Of a stretch of 64,000 nucleotides of DNA, positions 36,841-50,859 are shown piece after piece. Source of the stretch: Camelus ferus (taxonomy: Eukaryota); NCBI RefSeq assembly GCF_009834535.1, contig NC_045697.1, forward strand, positions 86,740,001-86,804,000, in the 5' to 3' direction. Each line of letters starts with the position of its first letter. Position 1 is the stretch's first letter. The notes under the pieces are model-generated. The model was not told the DNA's origin and did not search any database. It was given only the letters and a program-made list of their open reading frames with translations. A program made the position numbers and the translations under genes.

Positions 36841-39379
36841 CCTCTGTCTCTGACAGTCCAAATCATGCGATGGATACAGACTAGACCTCATTCCCTCCAC
36901 CTACATTTTCCTTTACATAATAACACAGAAAGATTTTTCCTACAGCTTAGTCACTGGTAGATTAAATAGCATTCTGAAAATTAGGGGGCAATGTGACAAA
37001 ACTGCTTTCAAGGAATTTTTTTGTCTCTAAGTTGAGGATTCTTGAATTCGTTATTCAGCAAATAAAATGTACCAATAAAAATGTACCAATCTGAAAGATA
37101 AAATGGCTTGCTATGTGAGACAATAAATAGGAAGCATTACATCATAAGAAAACATGTATTGAGCCTGTGTGTTTGGTGTTTTTCTAGATGCTATCAGGTC
37201 ACTGCCCTGTGAAGACACAAGGCAAACCTTGGTTATACACATACTTGAGAAAATAAAAGCAGGCTGGCCTTTATGTGTGAAAATGACACTAAATATGATC
37301 AGACAGATGTGTATTTGAGGTTTGTCTTTCAGTTGCACTGAGTTTTCTTTCCATAAATTTCTGTAGCACATTTACTGCTGGTGACCCATGTCATGATTTT
37401 AAGATGATGAGCATGCTAGAAGTATAGTCTTTGCTCATAAAATGTTTTTGTCTTTGAGATCTTGATAGTAACTAAAACTACGAGGACTTACTATCATATT
37501 ATGATGCTTCAGTAAAATTAATCTGGACTTATATGAATCCAGGAAAGGTTAGCAAAACCTACATTAGTGAAAGATACTAGTAAGATACAGAAGTTACAAC
37601 AAAATTAACCGGGGAAATTGTGGAGTAAGAACTTCAGCTATTTAATATGCCAGTGGGATTCCTTTAATAAGCTTTGCATTAGAATTCATATTGATAATAT
37701 TGAGTTAAATTCCTTGGTAATTTCCCCCCTTTTTAGGCAGGAGAACCTCTGATAACTGCCTCCTGCCACGGTGGAGTATGAAGACCCCATGCAACTGTCT
37801 TGCTCACTGCTGTCTTTCCGGGGCCCAGCACAACGCCTGGCACGGAAAGGCACTTAATAAGTATTTGTCTCCTGAATACATGAATGATTGATTGATTAAA
37901 TGAATGAATTCATTCATTCATTAACTGATTACTGGTATGCACAAGAAGTGTAATTGGATGTCGCAGGAAACCAATCACCAGCTCAACCCCGATTCTTGCA
38001 AATAGAATGAAACTTAGTAGGCAACAAAATGGGAGGAGACCACCCACAGTCTATTTTACCTAAGCATCATGAAAAGAGATAACTCAGATTCTAGAAAACA
38101 GACAGCAGTTACATTCCTGCAGTTACATCCACCGAAAAAAAGCCAGCAGGTGTACCCTAGATAAGATAAACCGTTTCCATTTGTGACACAGAAGCGTTTT
38201 GTTAATTAACAAAGACGTGGTCACTTGAGCAGAAACCTAGGCAGATGCCTTGAGCAGTTAAAGCAAATTTCCTACAGAAAAGCATTTCTTTTGATGATAA
38301 CTTTCAAAAATAATTTATGTAGTTTCTTTTTCAGTAGCCGTGCTCCATCTGTATTGTGCAGCATTATTAGCATTCGTTCACAACAGAAGTGGTAAGGAAA
38401 TTACTCACCACAATTGTTAGACTGGGTTATTAGAGGCAGAGAGAAAAGAGTGGCCTTCTTGGGTACTCAGTTCAGATGCTGCAGTCAGCAGAGGTGTGGG
38501 CCACAGTGAGGGAGGATGTGAGAATGCAGAGGGGAGCCGGCTTGCCTCAGTTTCTGGTGAAACATTAAAATTTGTAACGCAAGCCACCTAGCTTGGCAAG
38601 GATGATTGGCTTCTTTAGTTCTAGAAGAGAAGGGTTGCTGGGGAATAAATTCAGATGAATAAATATGGCTCAAAACTTTCTTTGAGTGTGAATTTCATGA
38701 AAGCCTCGCTTATGACGTCTCAGGAAATAAGTGCATATACTGTTTTTTTTTTTTAAGAATGTGCAAAATTAGATTATATCAATCATTTCTCATGAATGAT
38801 TCAGTGCCATGGATTCAGTCTTCAGTTACAAATTTGCATGTCCCGTGCACTTTGGTCCCTGTGTGTCTGTGTATAATGAGGGCATCTTTGTTCACTTAAA
38901 ATTCATTCAACAAGTATTTAGTGAGCAGCAGCTAGTCATACTTTCTGCTCTATTTTTAACGTGTGAAAAACTGAGATGGTCTTTAGCTGTGTTTTATTGG
39001 GCACAACTTGCAAATGTTTTAGCAGGGCCTTCCTAACAAGTATGGCACTTTCGTGGAAATGAAAAACAAACAAACAAACAAAACATTTCCCTCTGTGTGC
39101 AAAAGGATTATTTTCAAAAGTGTCTCTTTCTCTCAGAGGTTGAAGCCCTATGCCTGGGCACAGGCTTGATGGGGAGAGTGAGTGCGTGCTAGACGTCAGC
39201 CCCTTCCTGGGCACCACTTTGCAGTACATGAAAGGCAGGCCTAGATGTGGAAGCTCATCTAGATGAAGCCTCACAAAAAGAGTTTGGGTTTTGTTCAGCT
39301 TTCAGTGATTTGGACCAAGAGTGGGGAAAGTTTCTTCAATCCATGCTCATCAAAGAATCTCTATATCAAAGACTCTGTT

Positions 39380-39547
39380 CTTTTTGTTTTTAATTGAAGT
39401 ATAGTTGATTTACAATGTTATGTTAGTTTCTGGTGTACAGTATAATGATTCAGTTTTATATATATATATTATTTTTCATATTATTTTCCATTATAGACTA
39501 TTACAAGATATTGAATGTAGTTCCCTGTGCTATACAGTGGGACCTTG

Positions 39548-39584
<37 letters not shown>

Positions 39585-39975
39585 TTGAGGTGTAGTTGAT
39601 GTACAGTGTTAGTTTCAGGTGTACAGCAAAGGGATTCAGTTATACATATATATAAATGAATTTTTTCAGATTCTTTTCTATTATAGGTTATTATGAGAAA
39701 TTGAATATAGTTCCCATGCTATCCAGTAGGTCTTTGTTTTTATCTCTTTCACATATAGTAGTTTGTATCTGCTAGTCCCAAACTCCTAATTTATCCTTCC
39801 TCTGCGCCTTTCCCAGCTGGTAACCATCAGTTTGTTTTCTATGTCTGTGAGTCTATTTCTGTTTTGTAAATAAGTTCATTTGTGTCATTTTTTAGATTTC
39901 ACTTATAAGTGTATCCTATGATGTTTGTCTTTCTCTATCTGACTTACTTCACTCAGTTTGATCATCTCTAGGTCC
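39380..39975 (-). mobile_element. Two tandem artiodactyl-type L1 3' ends
   Basis: ttgaagtatagttgatttacaatgtt...tagttccctgtgctatacagt at ~39395, repeated as ttgaggtgtagttgatgtacagtgtt at ~39585, separated by (TTTA)n. Confidence 0.85.
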
Positions 39976-41439
39976 TTCTAATTTAGTTTATGTCTCCAAA
40001 TTCTGACACAGCAACACAATGGCTCACATCCTTAAAGAAATTTCCACATATTTGAAGACACCCTGTGGTCTGCTCTTCTCTAACTTGTTAACTAAACTGG
40101 TTTAATATTTTCCTGTAGGACCTAGTTTCCGACAAGACCTTCATTTTGTTCCCTGTTTTTCTCTAGACCTCGTGGCTCTTTGCCACTTCTGCTTTTAAAT
40201 GTAGTGACAGTTCTGCCCCAGGTACGGTAAAGTGGGACAGTTCCCAGGCCCTACACCTTGTCCTCCCCCACCCTCACCCAGTACACACGTGCTATAACGA
40301 CAGGCGGCTAGGAAGTGACTCAGGAGGTGCTGTGTGGAGGAACAAGAGGAGGCTCCCAGCACAAGTGTGGAAAAACACACGAGGGTTTCATACATAAGTG
40401 TACACAGTCAATACACTCATCCTTCCTCACCTCGGCAGAGAGTAGCCAAGTCCTTCCCTCTCTCCACAGGCTCTTCGGGATGCACGTGTCAAATTAAGAC
40501 TCCTGTTTTCCTTCCAAGTTTATCTTTAATATTCATTGAAACAAGAGATTGCCTTTAAATGAGAAGTCATCACCAAGTGATGTGATTTACCATCACCTAT
40601 CTCACTGCACCAACCACAATGAGCCCAAGTGGTAACCTAATTCTAATAACAGACCCCCAAACTCCAGCTTTTAGAAGTGATCCTTCTAACAGTGCAGCCT
40701 GATCGGTGTTTCTCTTTTGACCACTACTCCAATGCTTACTATGTTCAACTTAAATGACTGCAACTCCCTGGACTTTTTTCCCTTGTTCCTTTTTTCTTGC
40801 TTTTCTTAAGTACTCAAACCTTAGTATTTTCTCACAAAAATAGCTGAAATGGGTTGGCTGAATGCATGAAGTGGAGAGTTGTCCCTGGGGGTTCTGCTTT
40901 ACATACTTGCCTCTAGTGGACTTCATTCTACTCTAATTTGGAGTTTCTAAAAATGTATTTCAAGTAAATAGTAAGGAGCTGTGGACAAAAGTGTTCTGTG
41001 ATTAAATATGCATGGGAAAAACATTAAACCAGGCTCCTTTATTGCAGGATTTTTCTGACCATTTAATATGCTGTTGCATCTGTGACTTTCCAGGTGTGTG
41101 CATGTGACCATGGAGACTCTTCCTCATAGAGCATCAAGTGAGATGAATTGTACGGGATCCATTCTAGGGACTCTGGTCTAACTTGTAAAGGTACATCCCC
41201 AGCACAGATGTGGAGCATCCTTCCTGAGGGGTGCAGCTGAACAGAGCAAGCCTCCCCGACCCAGGCTCTCCATCAAGTTCCTGGGTCACAGTGGGCTAAC
41301 TTCAGCTGCCACCACTCAGAGGCAAAGGGGGAGAGTCTATAAAGTACCCTTAAAGGTCTCTTTGCTGCTGATCTAGCAGGCAAGAGGTAATTGCTGTGTT
41401 TTCTCCCACTGATTCTCAGAATCTAGAATTTTGGATCAT

Positions 41440-44050
41440 TTAGTCAGTCAACAAATATTTATTGAATACACAGTTTGTGCCAGGCAGACAGACCAAGAAT
41501 CCAGCCTCTATAGAGATTGTATTCTGGTGGGTAGAGACAGATAATGAATGGATAATAACAAAATGTAAGATATGTCAAACACAGAATTACTTAGGAGAGA
41601 AAAAGCAGAGGAAGATAGGGACTGGGAGTAGGAGCTCTTTTCATCATGTGCACAAAGAGGGCCCTATGTATGAGGAAGTGAGCCATGTGAATATCTGCTG
41701 GAAGAACATGTCAGGCAGAGGGAATAGCCAGTGAAGATAAGTCTGGGAGAGAGTTCAGAGCTAGAAACATAAATCTGGAGTGATCAGCATGCATATAGTG
41801 TTTAAAACTGAGAAGCTGGTTGAGATCACCAAGGGGGTTAGTGTAAATGAAAAAAGGAGGAGGTATGAGAACTAAGTCACAAAGTTGAAACATTGCAAAA
41901 GTTTAGAGTTTGGGGTAATTAGGAGCAATCACGAAGGAAACTGAGATGGAATGGACATTGATAAGGAAGAAAACCCAAGAGGTTAGAAACCAAGTGAAAT
42001 AAAGAGTGATGAACCCACTGACATGCTGATGGATGAAGGAAGATGTAGACTGCAAACTGACCTGGACATAGCAATGTGGAAGTCATTGGTGAACTTGAAA
42101 AGGGCTATTTCAGTTCATTGGTGAGGACAAAAACTCAGATAAAAGTGGGTTTAAGAGAGAATGGGAGGAAAGAAAATAGAGTCCGTAGGAAGAGATAGTT
42201 ATTTCAAAGAGTTTTGCTGTAAAGAGGAGCAGAGAAATGAAGCAGTAGGTGGAGAGGGGTGAGCAGTCAAAGCTATTTTTAAGATGGGAAAAATAATAGC
42301 CTGTTTTTATGCTAATATAAATGATTCATTTGAAATGAGAACATTGACGGTAATAAAGAAAGGGGAGAATGGCTGTGGCGGTGTCCTTGAGTGAGCGAGT
42401 GAAGGTGGGATCTGGTGCACGTGTGGAGGACTTCCCTTTAAATGGGAGTAAACTGTCTTCCAGCACAACAGGAGGGAAGCTGAGTGTATGGGCACAGATG
42501 CAGGGAGGTGGGTAGTAGATATGGTGACAAGAGCGGGAAGTTCTCTTCTGATTCTCTTTCTCTCTCAGAGAAAATGGAAGCAAGATCGTTAGTTGAGAAT
42601 GCAGAAGGGGAATGAGGCACCAGAAGAAAAGATGTGTGATAATCATACAGGAGTGGAGGTAGTGAATGGACTGGGGAGTTTAGTGAGATTATCAGGCAGC
42701 CCTATGGCCCATTTGAGGTTGATAGTCATTATTTTTGGCAAGACCAGTTGGCATGGAGGAAGATTTTTCTCCAGCCAAGCTCAGCTATGTGGTGAGCACA
42801 GAGTAGATGAAGAGGTGGATTTAACCATGATTGTACTTTTGGCATGTGAAGGCAATGAAGTAAGAAAGGTGATGAAAATAATGAATAAGGAGGGAAGTGA
42901 TGACATAAGGATGGAGTAAAGGACAATCCAAGGTTATTAGGAGCAATAAGTTGTCAGTGGTGGAGTGAAGGATTGTCGGAGTTGAGGCACTAGCGAGGAT
43001 AAGCTGGAAAGATAGCAGGTAGTGGTCAGAGGGTGGGACACTTAGAATTGAGTTTAGAAAGGGATTGAAATGATTGATAATGACAAGGTCTAGTGCTGTC
43101 AAATCCAAGTTTGTGTGCCCGACACACAGAGAGGCTAAACAAACCCAAATGTCAGAGTTTGGAGCAGAGAAAGTTTATTGCAGGGCCAAGCAAGGAGAAC
43201 AGGCAGCTTATGCTCAAACAGCCTAAACTCCCCAATGATTTGAGGGGAAGAGTTTTTACAGGCAAAACTGGGGGGGAGGCTGGCAGGGAGTGTGACTTCC
43301 CTCTGATTGGTTGATGGTGAGGTAACAAGGTGGTGTCCCAGGAATCTCAATCATCAGCCTTCTGGTTCCAACCAGTCTGGGGTCCACGTGCTTGTGCTCA
43401 GCCTAAAGTTACCATCACCTGGGTGGGGTCCTTAGTTCCTGGAGAAGAGCTAAGAGATAAACTGTTACGTATATCCCTTGAGGAGGAACCACGACCCTGC
43501 TTCATTGCTGCATAATTGTTTCTTGACTGCTTCTCCTTTGTTTCTGCATTTCCTCCCTTCCCTAATTAGTAACTGTTGGAATCTGCCCTTTGGAACTCAG
43601 GGAAGGTCTATGAGGCTGAAGCCTTTGTCCTACAGACAAGAAACAGAGGACATGGAAAGGCGTTCATACCCACCCCGAAGGCCACACAGAGTCCTTCTTC
43701 GTTCCACTGGCAGGATATGACTGTAGAAGTGAGTGGCAGAGCGATGGTGTGGGCAACATCTTTGAAATGAATAAGGTCAAGGAACTGACTTTTCAGAATG
43801 TTAGAATGAGTATCTCTGTAAACATTTAAATCACCAAGAATTGTCAGGAGCCATGTTGGAGGAAGTGAGTAACAGTTAACTAAGAAATAAAATTTCAAAG
43901 AATGAGAGAAAGGGGCCTTGGTCTGGGGGAGTGTAAAGACTGAAACTGGGAGACTAGCTAGTGTGATGGGCCTTAGGGCCTGCAATTCAAAACAGGTGTT
44001 TTGTTTTTAGGGCGGAGGAAGCAAGAAGAATCTGGAATGAGCAATGAGGA
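41440..44050 (-). mobile_element. Long L2 LINE interrupted by an LTR
   Basis: tcagtcaacaaatatttattgaatac..gtgccaggc at the L2 3' end. The 43608..43985(-) translation ends with an endonuclease-like ILGDLNV motif. Confidence 0.8.
43094..43706 (-). mobile_element. ERV1-class solo LTR (MER41-like, tentative family)
   Basis: TG...CA termini; 4-bp TSD ctag (43090-43093) / ctgg (43707-43710); AATAAA on the minus strand (tttatt at ~43174); CCAAT (gattgg at ~43305). Confidence 0.75.
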
Positions 44051-45300
44051 GCAAGTCCTTTGCCATCTTGTCTTCTTTTCTCTTCAGCTCTTGTACCTTC
44101 TATAGTTTACCCTGCCAGTTTGGTATTTTAGAGGCTTTTTCTTCCTTCTTGGTTTTCCTTCCTCCTAAACTTTTTTTCTTGTTGTGTTCAATTAGTGCCC
44201 CAGGACTCTAATCCTCAGCCCTTGCTGTACAGCAGAGTCACTTGAAGAAGCCTTGGTGTGGGGTGGGGCTCAGGCATCTGTGTTTTTTAAGTTCTGCAGG
44301 TGACTCTCGTGCACTGGCAAGCTGAGAACCACTGCCCTGGGGAAGAATATGAAAAGGACTGAGTCTTTGTAAGGCATATGCACTGTTATGGAGAATGGTC
44401 CATAGTTTTCATCACATCCTGGAAAATATTCCTTACTCAAGAAGATTAGTTCTTAAAAACAAAAAAAGATTAGGTCTAAGCTCCTCATTTTTTGGATGAG
44501 AAAACTTAATTGATTTTTTAAAAATCTTTTTCCTTGGAAATGGAAATGGGAATTGGGGAAAGAGAATTTGTTAGAATTTTGGAAGAGCAATAGCATACTA
44601 AGTAGAATGATGGTGTCTTTTCTGAAACATCAGCAGGGCTTTGAAACCCCCATGAGGTTAGCCTACTACCCTGTGCATCCAGGATCCTCTCCGTCCTCCC
44701 TTCTTGCCCTCTAAAAATGCGAAATGTACCCGGGTAACCGACTTTGGGGCTCTCTCACTGCTGGTTTCTGCGTAGGAGTATTGCACACACCAGGCTCACT
44801 TAGCACCTGCGTTTTATGATATGAAAACTGCACATCCACCATAAGAGCATCACCTCAAATTGTATAATTTTTTTCTCACAAAGTGGAAAAAAGAAGTTTC
44901 ATAATATGCGTTCAACCTCTTCTGACCTAAAAGAACAAGATGGGTTAAGAATGGGGTCACGAAGTTGGGGAGCCCTGGAGGCAGAAGCCCTCTCAGGGAC
45001 CAGGGTGGCCTCCATTGTGCTTTGGCTGCTGTGGGCAGGCTCTTCCCTCTCCCCTACTGCGGCAGGGCCAGCCACCAGTGCACTTGATTTTGTGAATTTA
45101 CTCGAGTATTCAAATGCTTGCCAGCATTAACTCTATGGTCCTGGTTCCTTCACCACAGGCCTTAATCCTTTGAAAGGGGAAGCAGGAATGTCTTGGAATC
45201 GTGCACTTTCATTATAGCCATCATCTTTATTTATTTAGCCATCCTTATCTATTCAGTTGGGATTCTGAATGAGATGCCCAAACCAAGACATGACATTTCT

Positions 45301-45596
45301 TTTTTTTTTTTTTTAGTTGATAAAATTTTATACAATATTTAAAGGTTACTTTCCAGTTACAGTTATTACAAAAAAAAAAATTGGCTAATTCCCTGTGTTG
45401 TCTGATACATCCTTGAGCCTGTCTTACACCCAGTAGTTTGTACCTCCCACTCCCCCACCCCCATGTTGCCCCTCCTCTGCTCCCCGCTGGTCATCACTAG
45501 TTTGTTCTTGTATTGTGAGTCTGCTTCTTTCTGTTATATTCACTTGTTTGTTGTATTTTTTTAGATTCCACATGTAAGTGATATCATACAGTATTT
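45301..45596 (-). mobile_element. Short 5'-truncated L1 3' end
   Basis: Poly-T then L1 3'UTR. 16-bp TSD AAGACATGACATTTCT (45285-45300) / AAGACATGGCATTTCT (45597-45612), at a TTTCT/AA endonuclease site. Confidence 0.9.
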
Positions 45597-46701
45597 AAGA
45601 CATGGCATTTCTAAGCAGTTGGCACAAAGATAGTAGGAAACAATTTATAACTTGTTAGGAAAGAAAGATTCTGGTGACAGCAGTAGCCAGAAGAAATTCC
45701 TGAATTCCTTGGCCGTGTAACTGCCCATCTCCGGCCTGATGGGTGTTAACACCTACTCATCCCTGCACATATTAGGGGAAAACAAACAGGGGCAGATAAA
45801 ACCATCTGCAACTGCACTGGGTGAAAGTGTGTGTGGCTTCTCCCTTCTCTCTCCCTCTCTCCCTTCCTCCCACCATTGACGGGCATCCTCCTCCCTTTTC
45901 TCTTTTGGCTCATAGGCTCTGCATGGACCTCACGTGCACACTTGACTCACACCCCCACACGTCAGCCATTGACTTACATTCTCACAGTCACCCACGCAGT
46001 TGCTCACGCATGCTCCTTTCACGTCCATTTCTGTCCAGATGCCTTGGTTGTAGGCATTTGTCAGAATCTCAACAGTAGTAGCCTGTGGGTCCTCAGGCCT
46101 CTTGGAGTCCAAAGCAGCCAAACCAACCACAGGTTGACCAGTGACACTCTACCCTCCTCTGTAGTATTTGGACCAACTTTTCGGGAAGCCTGTGTTGACA
46201 TACATGAATCCAAAGAGGCTGCACATCAGCTGTCCTTAGGTGCCTCTGGTCAGCGTTCCATTTAGCGCACACAGCATCTTAAAAATACTGTTGGGGCCAT
46301 GTTATCTTTGACAAGATTATTGAGCTGACATTTAAAGCTAAGAGATCCCACAACTTCTTTTATATAACATTGGGTCTGCATTCCAGCCAGGCAATCGCTG
46401 GCTGGGGCTGATTCACTCCTATGCTCCTTCGACAGGGGTGTCTCCCCAGTTTGCCGCAGTCCCCACCACTCCTCATCCATCCCAACTTCGGCCTCTTCAT
46501 GCATTTATCGTACTTGTCTGGCTCAGAGAGGCACTTGTGCTGGGCACCGATTCTACAGCTACAGGAGCCCAAACCCCAAAAGATAAACTACATTGTGTCT
46601 TTGTTTTGGGTCTGAGCTAGAGCAGTGGGATTGGAGAAGGAAAAGAAAGGACATGTTTAAGAACTCTGGAAGAATTAAAATTGATTGATATGTAAGATAC
46701 A

Positions 46702-47409
46702 TGTTGACTTTGTACTCTGTCACTTTAGCTTAGCTGGAATTACATTTCCCAGACTTTCCATCTCTGTATAGTTCTGGGTCAGGGGTGGCCACACAGGTGT
46801 GGTCTGGACGGTGGAAGTGAAACAGCAGCCATCATGTTGTCACTGACCTTCTGGCTCACCTGGGCAGCAGCTGGCCCACAGCTGCTTCCCACCCATCCCC
46901 TCCGGCTTCTCCGAGTGCCAGGCTGGGCACATGAACAGCTCAGACTTATGGTCCCAGCTTTTCCTGCTGCTCATCAGAGTTAGATGCAGGAGAGACAGAC
47001 ATGGGTTCCAGCATTTCCTTGTAGGTTCTGGTTTATCCTTGTGATTCTAGTTTTCCCTCAGTCTTCCCCAAATATGTCCAGCCTTCCTTCCTGACTGCCA
47101 GACCTCATGGTCAAAAGTGACTGACCCAAGGCTGACACTGTATGGCTCACTGGGATTCATAGAGGTGTTGCCAGAAAGAGCCAACAACCTTCCTTAAACT
47201 TTAACATCAGACTCATAGTTCCACTCCAGCAGCTGGTTAGTGTTTCCCTCTGGAAATAGCTAATACAAATTGAAATGTACAGTTTACTTTCAGGCCTTTA
47301 CTTCCCTACTATCTCCCATAATTGTGTGAGGTCTGATTCCTGTAATGAATTCCTTAGTCCTTAATGCCCATCGTGGTTCTGCATCTCCCATGGAACCCTG
47401 ACTGATATA
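46702..47409 (+). mobile_element. ERVL LTR (LTR41/LTR33-like)
   Basis: tagctggaattacatttcccaga ... gtggttctgcatctcccatggaaccctgactgatata. Confidence 0.6.
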
Positions 47410-48490
47410 AGGAGTAAGGGAAGGAAGTGATGGAAGGTTTCCAGGTCTCTGGCTTGGAAGAGGAACTAGGTGGATGTATATGAGGAATGTCCAGAAAGCA
47501 GCTAAAGACACGTATCTAAAGCTTTTGAAGGACTTCCCTAACGCTCTAAACAGAATGGAAGAAGCATTGGATTAATCTAGAGAACCCAGCAATCTAGGGA
47601 AGCTCTTACTCCCAACACAGGACTATTTTCATAAGGTATCCATCTCCAGGTCACAGATTCATCTGCCTTACTGCACTGGCTATGCAAAAAGAGAGTCATC
47701 TCTAGGTGAATTTGTCTTTGGATAGATCATCGCTAGCTCCAGAAATAATGACCAAAAGTGTTTATCCTAGATCTATATTAATATAACTTTTGTATTATCC
47801 ATTTGTATATTTTTATTTTTCTTTCTATATGCCTATCATATACAGTCTCAGCAATTCTAAGAGAGAAGATTTGCATAGCAAGGTGGTTCTATGACCTTAA
47901 GGAGACTAAATCTGATTATGCGTATTGGGGAATGGAGCTGCAACAGAAGGAAATTCTCACTGTCCTTTTATTCCTCTTCTTGAAGGTAGAGAAAATTACT
48001 CAGAAGAAATAGCTAATCTAGTTTGAAATGTGAAGTTTATTTTCAGGATTTGTTTCCAAGGCATATCGTGATGGCCTCCCTAGTTTTCTCCTACTGCTCA
48101 TTAATCACACTGTCTATGGCAGTTACAGGCTTTTATGGTGGGAAGGGGGGAGCTTTGACCGACATGCAGCTCTGCATTTGGTTTATTCTCTGATCCAGAA
48201 CTGAAGATTTGAGGAATAACTCACAGTCACTGTGTGCTTAAAAGTTTTTTCCAGTTGGATAGGAGTGACTTTATACTGTAGGAGCATTTTCTAAATGTGC
48301 AAGATAATGAATACTTTGTTCCTAGAGTATCAAAAAGTTGTTTTGTCAGCTGTTTTTTTCCTGAGAATTTTTTTTTTAAATCTAGAAGAAGCTACAAAAC
48401 TGGAGAACAGAGTATACTTGTATCTATTAACCTCAGAAGACTTTTTAAAGCATTTTGTTGATGCATGAATTGAACTGAAATACTATTGTA

Positions 48491-48619
48491 GGGGGAGGGT
48501 ATAGCTCAGTGGTAGAGTCCTATGCTTAGCGTGGACGAGGTCCTGGGTTCAATCCCCAGTACCTCCATTGAAAAAATAAATAAATAAGTAACATTTCTAT
48601 CTGTAAAAAAAAAAAGGAA
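48491..48619 (+). mobile_element. tRNA-Ala-derived SINE (camelid vic-1-like)
   Basis: GGGGGAGGGTATAGCTCAGTGGTAGAG...GGTCCTGGGTTCAATCCCCAGTACCTCCA plus A-rich tail; imperfect TSD gaaatactattgt / gaaatattgt. Confidence 0.9.
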
Positions 48620-48639
48620 GAAATATTGTTGAGAAAGGT

Positions 48640-49370
48640 AACATCTTTGTATTATCTGACCACTTTTCACCACTCTACTGTTAACATCCTGCCCAAGCTC
48701 TCATCATCTCTACTGGAGTGTTACAATAGCCTCCTACATGGGATCCTTGCTTTCACCGTCTCCTACAGTCATTCACAACACTCAGCAGCCAAAGGGATGC
48801 TGTTAAAATATGTCAGATTATGTCACTTCTCTGCTCAAATTCTCTAGTGGTTTGGTTTTCCCTCAGGGTAAGAGCTAAGGTCCTTGCAATGGCCAAAAAT
48901 ACCCTACCTGATCTTCACCCATTATATTTCTGACTCTCACTCTCCTCCAAGTCCACGGGCCTCCTTGCTGCCCCTTGACTATGCAGGCACACTCCCTCCA
49001 CAGGGCCTTTGCACTAACTGTTCCCTTTGCTTGGAATATTTGGCCAACTCACTCACTTCTTCAAGATTTTATGCAAATCTTACCTTCTCTAAGAGGCTAC
49101 ACTGACAGCCTTACTCAACAGCAAACTTCCACCTGCTGCCTCATTTCTGATCCATCTTACTCTACTTTTTCTTTTTTCCATTATAATTATCACTTTCTAA
49201 TATCCTGTATAATTTTTTTATATGATGTTTATTATTTATTTTCTGTATCCTCCCACTAGAATGGAAGCTCCACAGAGCAGATATCTTTGACTTTTTGTAC
49301 ACTGATGTACCCAAAGTGCCTAGAATTGTGGCACATAGTAAGGGCTCTCAAAAAATAGTCGTGCTTCAAT
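48640..49370 (+). mobile_element. L2 LINE 3' portion
   Basis: ttacaatagcctcct, tcagattatgtcacttctctgctcaaa, cagggcctttgcact, ctagaatggaagctccacagagcag. Confidence 0.8.
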
Positions 49371-49494
49371 TTAAAAAAAAAGAATAAAAGGTGATGAGAA
49401 TTTTCGATTAAACAATAGTTATAGAGTGGAACTGAATGCTCACAGTAGATACTGAGACTCAACAGTTGGAGTATAATGGGCTTTATTACAAGTA

Positions 49495-49713
49495 CAGTTG
49501 ACCCTTGAACAGCAACACAGGTTTGAACTGTGTGGATTACTTATAGGTGGATTTTTTTTCAATAAATACGTACTACAGTACTACACACTCCATGGTCAGC
49601 TGAACCCATGGATGTGGTACCCTGGATATGGAGGACCTACTGTAAAGTTATACAGATTTTCCACTGGGCAGAGGGTTGGCACCCCTAACCCTCAATTATT
49701 CAAGGGTCAACTG
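49495..49713. mobile_element. Tigger2-family MITE
   Basis: Perfect 15-bp TIRs CAGTTGACCCTTGAA / TTCAAGGGTCAACTG, with TA on the left flank. Confidence 0.9.
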
Positions 49714-50859
49714 TTCAGAATTAGAAACAAGTGTGCAGAAAGGTAAGAAAGAGTTGGTTATAGAAGTTGTGTGTCACATATGACATGATCTAAATCAGAA
49801 GTGAAGTGCTTATGGCTTTTGTGTCCAGAGGTGATGGATGTCGTCCAATACCACACCAACATCACAGACTCTCTGTGGTTCTAACAATGATAGAAGACGC
49901 TGTCTCAAAATATCAAAAGAGGCAAACAAAGCATGTTCTAGGAGGGACACTCAAATACTAGCGTCTGAAATCAGTTACCTTTTGTGTAATAAATTTCCCA
50001 TTATTTAGATCTCTGAGACTTTAATGGCTATTGAACGCTTCCACCGTGGCCGGCACCACGTGAGCTGCTTTGTGTGCTTTAGTTCCTTTAATCCTTTCAC
50101 AAACTAGCAAGTAGATCTCATTTTGCAAACGAGGAAACAGACAGAGAAATGCCATCCGACATCCTCAGTGTCGCACAGTGAACGGACTCACCTGAACCAG
50201 GCTGCCTCCCAAGGCTGGTTTCTTTGCTGAACATATATACATGAAAAAATAATTGCAGGGAATTTTCTTCTTTTCTTTTGCAGGAAATTCGTGTTTGCTT
50301 ATATGTAGTTGCAGCATGGACACTCTCGCTCTCTCTTCCCCACTCTTCCCCTCTAAAAGAGGATTCCCTGCTTTCAGGGTGATTCTTGGTTCCCTTTCCT
50401 TGTACAGAATGCAAATAATGAGAAGATGGGAAAGCTGAAAAGACAGAGGTTAATACAGATCCACATAATAAAACTGATCAAAGAAGAGAGTGGCAAAAGC
50501 TTACTTGGCTTGAGCTTATAGTATCATTTTTTGAGAAATCTGGGATATTAATCTTGGAGCTAATTTGGTACCAAGACAATATTGAGGATAAGATGGGGAA
50601 ATGAAATTTTAAAGAAATTTAGCTAAGTATATATTTTGAAAGTAATCCCCCTCCAGCATATTCAGGAGAGATGGTTATAAAAGATTAAATAGTATTTATC
50701 TACTTTTCGATTTCCAGACAGTTTTCTTTGAATAGAATTCCATATAAGATTGTAGCACAAAACAGCTTTCTTATACGGATTATATTTTGAAAGGAAGGAA
50801 AATGGATAATTAGCTCCACCATCACCTAAGCTTAAAATCACAAGGTAATCTGATGCCTC

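Noticed and set aside
37062..37089. Short tandem duplication aataaaatgtacc x2
   Set aside because: Ordinary slippage duplication with no other signal.
37899..37918. 20-bp perfect palindrome AATGAATGAATTCATTCATT
   Set aside because: Low-complexity (TGAA)n tail of an L2 3' end abutting (TTCA)n; explained by the repeat.
40905..40922. CTCF-like CCACTAGAGGCA on the minus strand
   Set aside because: One base short of the core spacing and at the edge of a probable DNA-transposon remnant.
48491..48567. Apparent tRNA-Ala gene
   Set aside because: Disrupted anticodon stem, 5' extension, A-rich tail and TSD-like flanks indicate a SINE.
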